From Enoplolaimus lenunculus (lineage: Eukaryota), in the NCBI GenBank assembly GCA_030248215.1, contig JASANG010000273.1, positions 434,001-498,000 on the forward strand: a stretch of 64,000 bases of DNA. The letters are read 5' to 3'. Under the pieces are notes generated by a model. The model was not told the DNA's origin, did not search any database, and was given only the letters and a program-made list of their open reading frames with translations. The translations under genes and the position numbers were made by a program. How positions within the stretch are numbered: the first letter of the stretch is position 1; each line of letters begins with the position of its first letter. Positions 12,094 to 24,325 of the stretch are shown here, in pieces.

Positions 12094-14429
12094 TTGTTGT
12101 TGTTGTTGTTGTTGTGGTTGTAGTGGCTGCCGCTGTTGCTAGTATTGGTGTTAATATTGCTGTTGCTGTTGATATTGTTGTTTTTGTTGTTATTATGTAT
12201 ACTGTTATTTGCATTGTTGGCAACATTGTTGCTTTTGCTGTTGGCGTTGGTATTGTAGTAGCTGTAGCCGCAGCTGAAGTTGATATTGTTTTTGTTGCTG
12301 TTGTTGTTGACGATGCTGGTGCTGTCGTTGTTGTTGTTGTTTTTGTTGTTGTTGATGCTGCTGCTGTTGTTGATGTTGTTTTCACTAATCTTACTATAGT
12401 TATTTAGCCCCTCCGGAAGAGTGTACGAATGAGAGTGAGAGGGAAAATGACTAGACGCGAATGCGTTTGACGGCAATGATCCTGTTGTCCCTGAGGATTG
12501 CGACGTTTTTGGAAGGGTCACAGATTGCCGACACTGAGGTAACGACATCTTAGGGTCGTATTCTAGTTCACAGTGAGTTTGGCGGCTTAGTGTTGAAATC
12601 CGATCTTCGTAACTTTTAAGGCCGGGTGAAATTGGTTGAGCAGGTGGGTCGCATAAATGGCTAGGGTTTGATTTTGATTTAGGAATACCAGCAGTTGGAT
12701 TTCGCGAATAAGCCACGGCACTTTCGTAATGATTATACGCGGCAGGATAATTGTAACTTACATCTGCATACTGACCAAAATGGGTTGGAGTATTAAAAAT
12801 TTTGTGTGATCGCGGTGCTTGTGTTGAATAAATATTTTCAGCATTGTCTAAGTTTGTTCTGCGTAGAAATTGACGTTTTTTCGGTTTAGGTTCATTAGAT
12901 TTTGCTGGCTCGTCTAGACTTCGTTGATTTGCCATATGCCATGCTGTAGGTGTCTTGCTCCGCGCCTGACGAATGCTTTCTGGCGGCGGTTCAGACCACG
13001 TTTTCGATTTTTTCATACAACTCAACTCTTCGTAGTCGCGTTCGAATCGATCGAAAATATCTTGAAAGTACGCTTGTTCGGATTTTTGTCTTGAATAAAT
13101 AAAGTTGTTGCTTGAGCCAGTCGAGTAGTTAAGTTTTGGCGCCAAATCTGCTGTTGAGGTAAATACTCGCGTGCTAGCTATGTTGCCGGGCATAACGGGT
13201 CCCAACGGTTTGTGAAATTGTCGAAGGGGTGGTTTAGGTGGTGCTCGGCTAGGATATTGGACTATCGGTTCGGACAGAGGCACTTGAGCGATACGGTCAG
13301 CGAAAGTTTCGCCCGGACTTGGACTAGTTTGAGGAACAGGAATTCTAGACGCTTCAAATCGGGACCGGAAACCGGCGTCTCGATGGCTTGGGTGTACTAC
13401 ATTTTGGATTGGTCCCTGTTGAGGATCGCCAACAGCATTTGCGCTCACCTGAGCTGATAAATTTTCTACATTTGTAGTTACAGGGAATTTTGAATTTCCA
13501 ACGTAAGCAGGTATAGGACTAGAATGGACAGGCGTAGCTGAATCTGAAAGGCAATTAATAGATACTTTTCCATGGCTTGAACTAGGCAGCCCGTGAGAAA
13601 ATTGGCTCGAAAATATATTGTAGGGTCTTAACGGTGGTGAATGTAGCTGCTCGCTGGCGCAACATCCTGATGAATAGCTTGAGTACGCGCTAGTACTGCT
13701 ATTATTACTTGCAACTGAACCCGAACCGGTTGTATAACAATTATCGAATGAATCGTTAGGTTTGGATTGCGGATAATATACGGTCGACGACAATTTTGGC
13801 GGCAAAACTGTTGTTTTTGTCGGCAAAACAGTGGTTTTTGGCGGCAAAACAGTGGTTTTTGGCGACAAAACAGTAGTGTTTGGCGGCAAAACAGTAGTGT
13901 TTGGCGGCAAAACATTAGTTTTTGGCGGTAAAACAGTGGTTTTTGGCGGTAAACCATTAGTATTTGACAGTAACATCGGAGTTTTCGGGTGTAAATCGCT
14001 ACTTACTGTCTGCTTTTGTTGGAAATTCTCCGGGGAGCAATTAGATTGCTGTTGATAGGTCGTGTTCGCAGGCTTAAATCGAGGTTGCGCATCGTGTTCC
14101 GACGGAAAAACACCAGTTCTATGCGTTGCTTCTTGTTGTGTCCAATGAATTCGTTTTTGACTACCGTACGGATGGGCTGTAGAACGACTAAATTGTTGAA
14201 TTTTTCGGACAAAATCATTAGAATTTGCATCAGCTGACTGCGGTTCGCGCGTGATAAGGGCACCGTTCGGCTCGTCATCACGCTTGATGGTTGCAGTTTG
14301 TGACAATCGGGGCAAACTGCAATCATTACTTGTGTGTAAGGGACGCTGGCTTGTCGTGGGCGATTCGAACAAACTAAGCTCGCCGATTATACGACGAGTT
14401 TCGTTCGTTATTTCGTCTAATTGTTCCAT
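1859..14429 (-). CDS. WTIP: Ajuba/LIMD1/WTIP (jub)-family triple-LIM scaffold protein, ~1314 aa, 10 coding exons
   Basis: Exons (minus): 14429-11555, 10702-10448, 9726-9529, 8207-8106, 6893-6826, 5352-5290, 4056-3926, 3370-3319, 2644-2576, 1990-1859. All introns are GT-AG, phases are consistent and the total is 3945 nt. The C-terminus reads ...[223 protein letters not shown]. The motifs Lx[16 protein letters not shown] and [11 protein letters not shown] are typical of Ajuba/LIMD1/WTIP. The symbol is family-level only. Linkage of the large first exon rests on splice phase. Confidence 0.88.
3000..3228. repeat. (ATT)n microsatellite in LIM-gene intron
   Basis: Long tattattatt run with a few interruptions. 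Confidence 0.95.
4130..4392. mobile_element. piggyBac-like MITE (TTAA TSD) carrying a tRNA-like A/B-box cassette
   Basis: TTAA(4126-4129)|ccctttctcacat ... atgtgagaagagg|TTAA(4393-4396). Internal minus-strand A box TAGCTGAGTGG (4235-4225) and B box GGAGTTCGAATCCT (4194-4181). Confidence 0.7.
5950..6690 (+). repeat. Degenerate interstitial telomere-type (GCCTAA)n array in LIM-gene intron 5
   Basis: Several runs of near-perfect gcctaa (e.g. 6053-6083, 6134-6178) separated by decayed hexamers with a ~200-bp higher-order pattern. Confidence 0.85.
7551..7636. repeat. Perfect 43-bp tandem duplication
   Basis: ccgtcctaatcgcttatccagctggtccgcagctaaaggggct occurs twice (7551-7593, 7594-7636). Confidence 0.92.
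8411..8848. mobile_element. hAT-like MITE, TAGGGATGTG-type termini, 8-bp TSD CCTTTAAT
   Basis: cctttaat(8403-8410)|ttggggatgtgtcgat...atcggcacatcccta|cctttaat(8849-8856), with subterminal (gccgat/accgat)n repeats. Confidence 0.8.
10845..10975 (+). repeat. Degenerate (TTAGGC)n telomere-type tract in intron
   Basis: ttaggatttggtttagg...tttaggctttaggcttaggtttagg...ggcttagg. Confidence 0.7.
11824..12385 (-). repeat. Coding (AAC)n compound microsatellite encoding a poly-Asn/Asn-rich tract
   Basis: GTT triplet arrays on plus with periodic GCC and GGT interruptions. They are in frame in the 966-aa ORF as NNNNG-NNNNN-TNNTTT blocks. Confidence 0.95.
13795..13952 (-). repeat. 21-bp coding minisatellite, ~7.5 copies, encoding (LPPKTTV)n
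   Basis: Plus-strand unit ttttggcggcaaaacagtggt. The protein reads [53 protein letters not shown]. Confidence 0.93.
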
Positions 14430-14471
14430 AACTACAAATTAATTTAATAACTCAAACACGATTTTGGGTGC

Positions 14472-14478
14472 CTGAAAA
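14472..14478 (-). promoter_or_regulatory. TTTTCAG splice acceptor ~42 nt upstream of the LIM-gene ATG (cis acceptor of a 5'UTR intron or trans-splice site)
   Basis: The minus strand reads ggttttcag|gcacccaaaatc...gtagttATG. Confidence 0.45.
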
Positions 14479-14730
14479 CCTATGAAAGTTTATCCAAGAT
14501 CAATAAGAGCACTTTATTTCAGTGACGTATCTTGGAACTTGGCTTGTTAGGGACCGGTGTCGTGAAAACATTTGCACTCCTTGAAAATATGCCCCTCCCG
14601 GGCAAATTTTAATGACGAAATTGTTGCCAAAAACGACCCCACCTTATAAAAATTTGCCCCCTTTGGGTTTTAAGCACAAAAATACATTTCTGGGCCTTTA
14701 TTACAAAAATTCAAATTTAAGTATTCTGTA

Positions 14731-15198
14731 CACACAAAATAAATTGTCTTAACATTTCAAGAGTCCTACTTTCTTAAATTTTCAAGATATAAATGTCTTG
14801 TATTTCAGACATTAATAGCTTTAAACAGTTCCGTATATATTTTTAATATGGTATATAAATAATCGAATTTCAAAGATATTTCGGATTGAGCTCAGGCTCC
14901 CCCAACTTAAGTCGCGTCTTAGGTTGTAAAATTAGGGCATTGGCCTGAGCTTTAACTCCCAATTTTGGAGTCAGTTTACACGGCAAACGTCTGTGTTTTA
15001 TTTCAGACATATTTGTCTTATCAAAGTCTTAAATTTACGACATTTAAGTGTGGAAAATTTTAGACCAATATTTCTGAAGAATTTAAGAAATAAAAATCTT
15101 GAAATCAAGACATATATGTCTGAAGTCTGTATCAAGACATAAAATTGTCTTAAATGTCAGACCATATTTCTTGAATATAAGACAATTTATTTTGTGTG
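14731..15198. mobile_element. MITE with CACACAAAATAAATTGTCTTA TIRs and TA flanks; second copy ~34100-34705
   Basis: ta|cacacaaaataaattgtctta ... taagacaatttattttgtgtg|ta. Internal sequence (ctactttcttaaattttcaag, gagctcaggctccc) is shared with 34100-34705. Confidence 0.8.
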
Positions 15199-15960
15199 TA
15201 GAGGTCATGAGCGCCATCATTAGAGATAACAGTAATAACCCAATTTTGCTTACAATAAGCTTTTTCTCAATCGGGTATTTCAATTTTAAGAATCTGTCAT
15301 GCGGTAATTATTACGTTAGATTAAAAAATGTCATTGCCGTATTATAGGTGCAAAGGTATATAAGTGAATTACTGACTCTGAACTGAGACTTTCAGGGCTC
15401 AGAATTCTTAGTTGATTCAACATATTTAAGTTTAATTCATAAGCTCAGCCGTAATCAACTCTGACCTCAGTGTGATAATCAACTCATCTCCGAGTAAGTT
15501 AATGTTTATTGGTATTAACTCAGAAATCACTAACTCGCCTGTTGTCTAAACCTGAATGTGAGTGCAAGCTTAGGTGTAGGAAAATAATAAACGTTTATGT
15601 CAAGGACGAGACTTCTGCTCTGCCTTCTTTCAAATTTTGCTCAGCTAATAAGCTGAAGCTTGCGTTAACAGCTTCAGCAATTCTTTGTCAAAATTAAAAT
15701 TTCGAGCCCCATTTGCTACTTAATTATTTGCTTGCGTTTTGCGACTGAAAAAAGATCTAAACGAATTTTCCGAGAAAAAGTGAAGCCATCCACTTAGCTT
15801 ATACGGCCTCAATTTTCCGCTCGTAACCATCTTAAGTGCTTAAAATCTGTCGCAAACTTTGCTTACAAAAGAATTGTACAAAATTCGGCGAATGTGGTGG
15901 AATAATTTTGAACTGGGGGTGGCTTTCGCAGGGCGAGACACGCGCACCTCGCCTTCCGTA

Positions 15961-16215
15961 GACTGTAAATTCCGATGAGTTGATTAATCGACTCAGAGAG
16001 CGAATTAGTGATTTCTGGTTATTTCTGAATCAATACGTAACACAAAACAACAACTCACTCTGGGTTGATTTAATTCCGGGTGAGTTGATTAATTAATTCA
16101 GAATGAGTTCAGTCAATTCAGAATTGTGAATTCTGAAAGACATAAATCAGAGCTCAGACTTCTGAGTGGATTCAACTCATTCTGAGTTAAAATCAACTCA
16201 CGGGAATTTACAGTG
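15961..16215. mobile_element. CACTG-terminal MITE family, copy 1
   Basis: gactgtaaattccgatgagttgatt ... aatcaactcacgggaatttacagtg; homologous to 28007-28234 and 31187-31438. Confidence 0.78.
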
Positions 16216-18646
16216 AATCGTTGCGATTGTATCAGTATACAAGTTTCGTTTCGAAGTTTTGTGCAATTTTATGTAACTTGAGAAATATATAGCAAAAAAA
16301 TAGCAAACACTTAGCTTTTCTGTTTAAAATGTTTTTCAACAGATTATGAGTAATCGATTCAAATAAAAAGATTTATAAATTTGTCCACGGTTGGACGCAA
16401 GGGGTACTCACAGGGTTCGGACTGTCCTTCCGGGCAGTCGATGTGTTGTCGCCACGGTCGACAACAAGAGAAGGGATAAGATAGAAGGTATAACCCACCA
16501 AAATTTCTGAGAGACGACAAGAAAGCTCTCGTACAAAGAACCTGTTGAAAGCAGAGTTAATATACGGTTCTGAAACGAAATCATGGCTACACCGCTTGTT
16601 AAAACCCATATTCGACTGTTCCAATTCCAAAAACCAAAACGGTATTATATATACATGTATATGCATCTATTATATATATTTATATATACCAAACTCATCA
16701 ATTTATTAAAATTTAAATAAATGTATTAAATATACTTCCGATTAACGCGTAAATGTTTGAAATAACTTAAACTTAAACTTTTTAAAAATCTTACACCGAA
16801 TCTATGCTAATATAGGACTTTAATTGATACAAAACACACACGATGAACATTATTTAGCCTAAAAGTTAAATTATAGTTTTCTATAAACTTATAAAGATAT
16901 ACGCCACGCATGGTTAGTTCACTTTTTTATGGATACAAAGCACAGAGCGCTCACAAAAATTGGGCTAAACACATACGTACCTAAAGTGTGGGTATGGCTA
17001 TTTTAGGTTATGCTTCGAAGCACATTGTTTCCAAAAAATAAGTATATTACTGTAAAACAAGACCGTAGCTAGCCCAGCATGCTAAAGGCAAAGGGTATAA
17101 CAAAAATTTAAGAGGGGGCTTTGTGAGGATTTGACAAAATGGAACAGGTCGAGCTACAACTGTTTCAGGTCAAAATTTTCGAAACCGGCATGAGTCATTC
17201 CCTTTGCAAACGTACACGGTGTAGGAGGGGTACCACATACACGAGAGTGGTATAGGTTACGTACTAAGCTCAAACAAGAGACCAACATGCCTCATGGGAC
17301 AATGACCCTTTTCTTTTCCGGGGCATATCGGGTTAAAGGAATCGTAGGCAACAGTACAATAACTGATGGTCTTTGATTTGAAAACAATCTTTAAATATTT
17401 CTCGATTCTATTATGAGTTTGTCGACATAGTCCTTGAGTTTAAAGGTCTAACGGTGGCATTATACTACTTTTGATGACGTCTGCCGCCTTAGCGGCGTAT
17501 TTTACCACATCAACCCTGATCTGAAGCTGCTGTCATGACTAATGTCAAGTAGTGTTGTGCAATTACCACTTTTTCTTCTGCCAGCCGGCCATTAACGGAT
17601 TGGTACGTTTCTAGAAGATATACCAATCATTTTATGCCCGCTATATAATTCATTGCGAAGAGACCTCGTTGTGAAATATACGTTATCTAAGACCAAGTTC
17701 AGTAGCATCCCATTAGCTTTAATCGAAGATAGCTTACTTTACTGTTTCTAAATATTTTTATCTGCGACAATATCTATGCAAATATTGTCTATCACTCAAT
17801 GATAAAAATATTGGCCCATGCTACGCTGAAGGCTGTCCCGCTGTCATGGCACTACAACAAGCAAAAGCGCAGCGTAGACAAATCAGCAGCGGTCAAAACA
17901 CGCCTGTTTACGTATAATTTGTTAATATGCAATAAACAGGGGCGTAGCCTGGGAGTTTCGGGTGTCACTTACCCCTGTTTGAAATTATATTTTTTACTGG
18001 AACAGCTAAATTTTCTATGAAAGTAACTGCTATTGGCGCTTTAATGATAATCGCTTACTGCAGGCGGCTTGGGGGCGGCAGCCATCCATCCTGCTTAGGG
18101 TCCCCTGACAGTGCAGGGGTTTATGGGGGTTTTAGCTTAGTAAATTTATTTATATGCAATAAACAACGATGTAGCCAGGTGGGTTTATGTGTCAAGTCGA
18201 CCAGTTTGTGCGTAGAAATTTAGTTAAATATACTGCGCCCCGCCTCCCCACACCTACACACCTTGGCCGTGGCCCCCCTCTTCCCCCCCCCTTATATATT
18301 CGGCTTTTTCGGGGCGACCCCCCCCCCCACCCCTACACAAAGGGCACACACCACCCATATCAAACAAAAAAAAAAAAACCAAACCAACTCCCCCCCCCTT
18401 TTATGAACATCCCCAATAAAAAAAATTACAACACCTTCATTAAAAACAAAAAAAAAAAAAAAAAAAAAAAAAGACCCACCGAAAAAATAAACTAAAATAA
18501 ATTAACAAAAAAGAAAAAGAGAGCAAAAAATCTGAACCCCCCCCCCCCCCCCGCCAACAACACAAAAAAAAAAAAAGAAACAAAAAAAAATAAAACAATA
18601 AAAACAAACAAAAAGAAAAAAAAAAAAAAAAGAACAAGAAAAAAAA

Positions 18647-18678
<32 letters not shown>

Positions 18679-21554
18679 AAAATATCGGAGCATAATTTAG
18701 GCGTACCTTGATTTACCAATGACTAACATAGGCGAATCACGACATGCCTGCAAATTCTACGCAGCTCTCTAAACTACCCTTTAAAAGGATGATTTATAAA
18801 TGTAGGGGAGAGGTTTGCATCCGTTTGACTAATCAAAAATCAAACGCATATGGCATCGAAAATTTTAAATTTCTATAATGAAAACAATCGCAAATTAGCA
18901 ATGTCAAAAATAACAACTAATTCGGTCCGCCCATGTCAAGTACAGAAGCCGTCCCCCTTACAGACAGAAAGGCTGGTAGACGGCTTAGGTTTAGACTTTT
19001 CCTATCTAAACATGCCCTAATGTTTACACGGGCTCAATCTAAATTGGGCGTTGAAACTATCTCAGTTTAACAGTTTAATTTCTCAAATTTAAGAGTTGAA
19101 TGCTTAACAGAAAATTTCCTAGTCAACATTTTGTTTAAATATTAAAATTAACAACATGACCGTAGCCACCATTTTGGAAACGGAAGTAACATGTTATAAA
19201 AATTCCAAAGGTGGATACTTGTGTTACAATCTAAAGTAAATTTCTCACAAACCCCGTGACAAAACATATACAGGGGGTTACCACTAAACACCCATAACTG
19301 CGTTCATGTGAAAGAGTTCATTTTATTTAAAAAATTGAACTTTCCAAATATAAGAATTGGATATTTTTCCGATATTAATTTAGGAAAACAATTCTAAAAG
19401 TTCGTGGAATTTGTTTAAAAAATACTTCTCAATGTCAAGGCATAATTAATAAATTGAGATCGTTTGAAAAACTGGTTCAAAGTTAAAAATTCGTGCAGTT
19501 CAAAATTCGTTGGCAACCTTTTTCAAACAGTTCATTGTTTCGAGTTTATACTTTTAGAAAATGTCTTAAATTTAAGAGTTGACTATACTTCAGATAATTC
19601 GAGAAAAACTTTCCACCAAAAATTTTATTAAGAGTTCATTATTTTGAAAGTTCCGTGAGAACAAAACATACTTGAGACTGCAGATAAAATGTAATTTTCG
19701 CACATTTTTTGTCTTTTTTTGCATGAATATTGTTGTTAAAGATGCACAATTTACACGCACGCCGTAATCCGTGAACATACGACAAACGCAAGACGGTAAG
19801 GAAATGTGTCAAAAAATAGAATTTTTTAACTGAAAAACAAAAAACGAAACAAAAAATACTTATTTTTCTACTTAAACAAAGTATGAATATAAGAGAACGA
19901 AAATAGCAACAGATCAGAAACGAAGTGTTCCAAGACAACTTTGAAGAGTTTGAGATTAAATATAAAAAATAATTCAAAAAAAGCTGATTGCTGCATGGTT
20001 TTAGCGTGGAAAATTAAGCCTAACGTAATTTCTGGTTTAATAGACAATGAGGCTTATTAAACATGCAAAAACCAATTTACATACCCTTATTACTTCGCTA
20101 ATGCTCAAAACAGTTACTAAAAGGGTTGCACATTAATTGGCGCCGTAGGACAAGTAAAGCGTAACCCTGACGCTTACGACTTATTCGGTAAGTCGACTTA
20201 AAAATGTAGTATACGTATTTAACAAAGAAATTTCAGCCTGTACAAAATTTAATTTCTGTTCCTGCAAAAATTAAATTTCTGTCGAAATCAAGACAAACGG
20301 CCACGCTGCTTCCAGTTGCTCTCGTTTCCAGATTTTCCTAAACACAATTGCAATGATAATCTACTGTGACAATCCCTAAATTCAATTTCAAGAATTTCTC
20401 GAATACAAATAAACTACACAAAAATTTCTAATACAAAAATCATTGGAAAACAAAAAAATATCTATTTTCAAATTTTGTAACTCTCGATAATAGAAAAGAA
20501 TATTTTACCCACCAACTCTTTAGAAATAAATAAAGTAGTAAAAAAAGTTGTTTGACACCGCGTTTGAAACATAACAAGAAAACATGGTTATGTAACGTAA
20601 AAAACCTTATGTAGTTGCAATAATTATATTGGGCGTGCACATACGGGACACTTAAGGACCATACCCTTTTCAGCATGGGCCCACGCTCGGGTTTTTGAAT
20701 AATAAAGTTTTTAATTACATTTAAACTTTTATGACTGGCAGCTTTCTTGAATTCCTTACTGTCCGTCTAGTTTAAATTTTTTCCGCGGATGCCCTTATGA
20801 AATATGTTGACTTTCGGATCGTGTAGAAATGTAATGTATACATATATAAGTTGCACAATTCGTATACAAAATTGCAAACTTTATCGCAACTTTATGCGTG
20901 CAGTAGTTTTGGCGTTTTATAACGACTATACTTTATAACTGGTAGACGTGTAAATTTCTTCTTATCTTTGTGATTATTCAAAATTTCTTTCGAACAGGCA
21001 AAATTTAATGATTTTACAGTAAAACACGGATCTGATAAAATAGCGAAAACGTTAAGGATTTTAGTTTTAGTTCATCTCATTTGAAACGAAATATAACGTG
21101 AGTCAGCTTTAGTATTAATTTCAGTGTAAAACCTATCAGGGGTTTCGTTTTCTGGTTTGTAACAAACGGTGAATCAGGTGACGTAAAGTTGTTGTAGAAA
21201 ACATTTGACCACCGGCGAAAATTTGGACATTGCTAAGATAAAATTTCGCTCAAAAACGTGCAGATTGAAATTGTTTGGATTTTTTCTTAACACGTTGGCC
21301 TGAATAAAATCTTGAATTTAAAATGCGGTGCAAAGTAAAATCGTCACTCAAAACGCTGCAACAGCCTCAAGATATACTGCTCCATTCAAAATTTTCATTT
21401 TCAAACATTCTTGACCGGGCCTTCTTGATGAGGCGGTTCCTGACGCCACCACATCAATGGCGTCAATTATGATCCGCTGCTGATTTGCAAGCTTAATCCT
21501 TCAACTCAGCTAAAACTAGAGGCCTCAAACTTATATTTTGTCCATTGTATATAT

Positions 21555-21945
21555 GTGCAACCGGAATTACAATTTACCGAAATTGAAACCGGAATTTGAA
21601 AAATACATGCCACCGAAAAATTAATTTTAATTTTCTTTTTTGATATTATTGGTGAAATAACCCTAATTGGAGATAGGTATTCACTTTATCTGTTGTATTT
21701 TAGAATTATATAATCCACAGAAGCGAAATCTACCTTCGACGGCTTAGTTTCGGCGATTGTCAAGGTTTGCATACTATACTATGAAATCTGTTTAATATTT
21801 TATCGTTATTTTTCAGTAAAATATCTCAATTTCCACCGACCAAATTTTAATACCGGGATTTCTAATTCCGGTAAAACATTATCGGAACCGGGTCCGGAAT
21901 CGGAAGGTGAAAAAATGCCGGAACCGGAATTCCCGTTACAGCCTG
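21555..21945. mobile_element. hAT-like CCGG-rich MITE (CAGGG..GCAACCGGAATT family)
   Basis: gtgcaaccggaattac ... ccggaaccggaattcccgttacagcctg; same termini as 39615-39935 and 45613-46425. Confidence 0.7.
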
Positions 21946-24158
21946 ATATATACTATGTATATATTTATATTTATATATTCTATATGTTACAACATACGCA
22001 ATCGAAAAAATGTGCTTAATTATATTACATACCACAAAAGCCTTTATAAGGTACTATTTGGTATTCGAACATAATCTTCTTGGTACTACAACAAGACGTT
22101 GAAAAGTTTTTGCAAACAAAAGACTGACTTTCTCTTTAATATTTGTCACCATTTTTCGAGCACTCAGAGAGACCGTGTGCCCAAGAGTTTTACATCGCAA
22201 AAATATTTTCAACATTGAGGGGGCTCTTTCAGAGCGGGTGATACAGATTTTATACAAGCCCCAACGCTGCGCCCAATTATGCCTCTAATCATCCATTGAA
22301 AGTTAGTTATACCAATATTAATAAAGTCCGTTATATATGAATATATTTATATATAGATATAATATAAATATACATCAATATATACCGACGTATATATACA
22401 AAATTAAATGCTACATTGCAACACTGGTCAGTTAACGTATACCGAAACACCAAAGGCACGGCCAAAACCAACAGATCATAACGACAAAATAGCCCATGAA
22501 ATTTTTGGGGAACCGAAAGAGGGCACTTTTACAGAGCAAAAATACTGCATATTCGCTGCGTTCGCTCGCAAAAACATTGCCGTTTTGTTTCTTCCCAAAA
22601 TACTGATCTATCTTGGTTTCACTCCAAACCAGAATCCGGCCAGAACTTTGTTTCTACAAAGATTGCAATTTCAACCGTGCTCACAATCGAGCCAGAAATA
22701 TTTTTCACTCCTAATTCTAAGACGATGACTATTAAACGTAGCTGTTTTTAATATCTCCAACTGCAACCCAGTGCTGGCGGAGGACCACGACTCTTTTTTA
22801 AGCCCCATATTGGCAAAATTAAATTTTTTTCGCGGACCACAAGCTAATAGAACAGTGAAACATTTTATTGAGGGACCCTCGGACCTGTTTGGGAGGGCGA
22901 CTATCCTAACGCGGGCTGACCTGAAACCCTTGTATACACACTTACACATGCATATATAACCGTATAATCACTGGTCTAAAATAAATACACAACCAAAATC
23001 GCCAGATATTAAAATAAAAAGAGTTGTCATTTCTGGTTTTAAAATAAATTTTGGATACAAACCCATTCTTTGAGAGAGAGCGAACGATGTGCCCGAAAAC
23101 CAATTTTGCTCTCAGCTTTTCAATATCCAAAGCGGTGGTGGCCGGGGCCAATCAACTAAAAGACTCTCTGCCTTGCGTTCAAAACAACACATATTGCACA
23201 CACGATGGGCCCAAGATTTTGGCCCGTTATTTTTGGCCATTTGTTCTCGATACCGTGCATATTTGTACGGTATCGTATGGAGGTACTATATATATATGTG
23301 TGTATGTAGTTAAATCATATGTTTATATTATTTATGCATGTATATAGAATATGTGTATAAATATTTATATACATATAGATACACACCAATAAATATATAT
23401 CATATATAATATTAATATATATACATATTTATATTTAATATATATATAAATATATATATACATATTACGCAACAGCAGTGGTGAGGGACAGTGGGACTGT
23501 GGGGCAAATGGGTACAAACTCAAAATCAATATTTGTGTTACATATGCAAGATCCGATAAAATATCAAAATAAATTATACGTTGATGTGTGTCAATTTAGG
23601 TCCTACAACTGCGTTCTTTGAGGGCACACAAAGGTCGAAAGTGTTTAGGGTCACACCCGAAGCTACTATATAGTTCTAAAGGTCAGCATTTTTAAAGCCA
23701 GGAAAACTAAAACAATGGTTCGGGGTGAAAGATGAGCTAGACAGTTCCATTTTGCAGTAAAATGCAATTGCCAACAACATTGCAAAAGTGAAATTTGGGA
23801 TTTTGGAAAGCACAGTGCTTATTGTTACCATTTGGTGCCATATAACGCCACAAAAGAAGTACTACGTATATCGTTAAACATGTATTAATTTTGGGCTTGG
23901 AACAATGTTTTGTTGTTAAATCGGAAGTAAGCAGATCAATCGCAGATGCAGATAGTGATGAAACAAGCAATAAAACAGACTCTTCCTGAGCCGAAATTAA
24001 AACGCAATGAAACCTTAATATATTGTGCAGTTCAGCAGATTCTGTCGCCACGATATACCGCAAGTCAACCCAATTAAATATTTTCTGACTCAGGGCCGTA
24101 GGTAGCTCACTTTGCTGGGGAACCACAATTTTAAGAGGAGTATGTGGCTGAAAATAAC

Positions 24159-24325
24159 GTCCATGTAAAGATCAGGGGCGGAACGTTTTTCTGCAGGAAT
24201 GCCATATAGTAAGCTAAAGCTTTAGTTGAATTTCGTGCTTAGGCTTAGGTATAAGCTTATTCTTACGCTTAGGCTTAGACTTGAATATACATATATGACT
24301 GTTGCGTCCCTGTTCTTACACGGGC
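24159..24325. mobile_element. Telomere-repeat-bearing GGCC-TIR MITE, opposite orientation to 381-585
   Basis: gtccatgtaaagatcaggggcggaacgtttttctg ... gcttaggcttagg ... gtccctgttcttacacgggc. Confidence 0.75.

Noticed and set aside
11732..12407. Poly-Cys, poly-Val, poly-Leu and poly-Thr ORFs
   Set aside because: Alternative frames and strands of the (AAC)n repeat inside the 966-aa ORF.
13795..13952. Regular repeats resembling a CRISPR array
   Set aside because: Head-to-tail 21-bp units with no unique spacers, in frame in a eukaryotic exon, and no cas genes.
18187..18719. Pro/Lys-rich and Phe-rich ORFs
   Set aside because: Derived from homopolymer-rich, probably artefactual sequence.
23737..24126. 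129-aa ORF as a host gene
   Set aside because: No recognisable domain or splice support; probably chance or decayed transposon interior.
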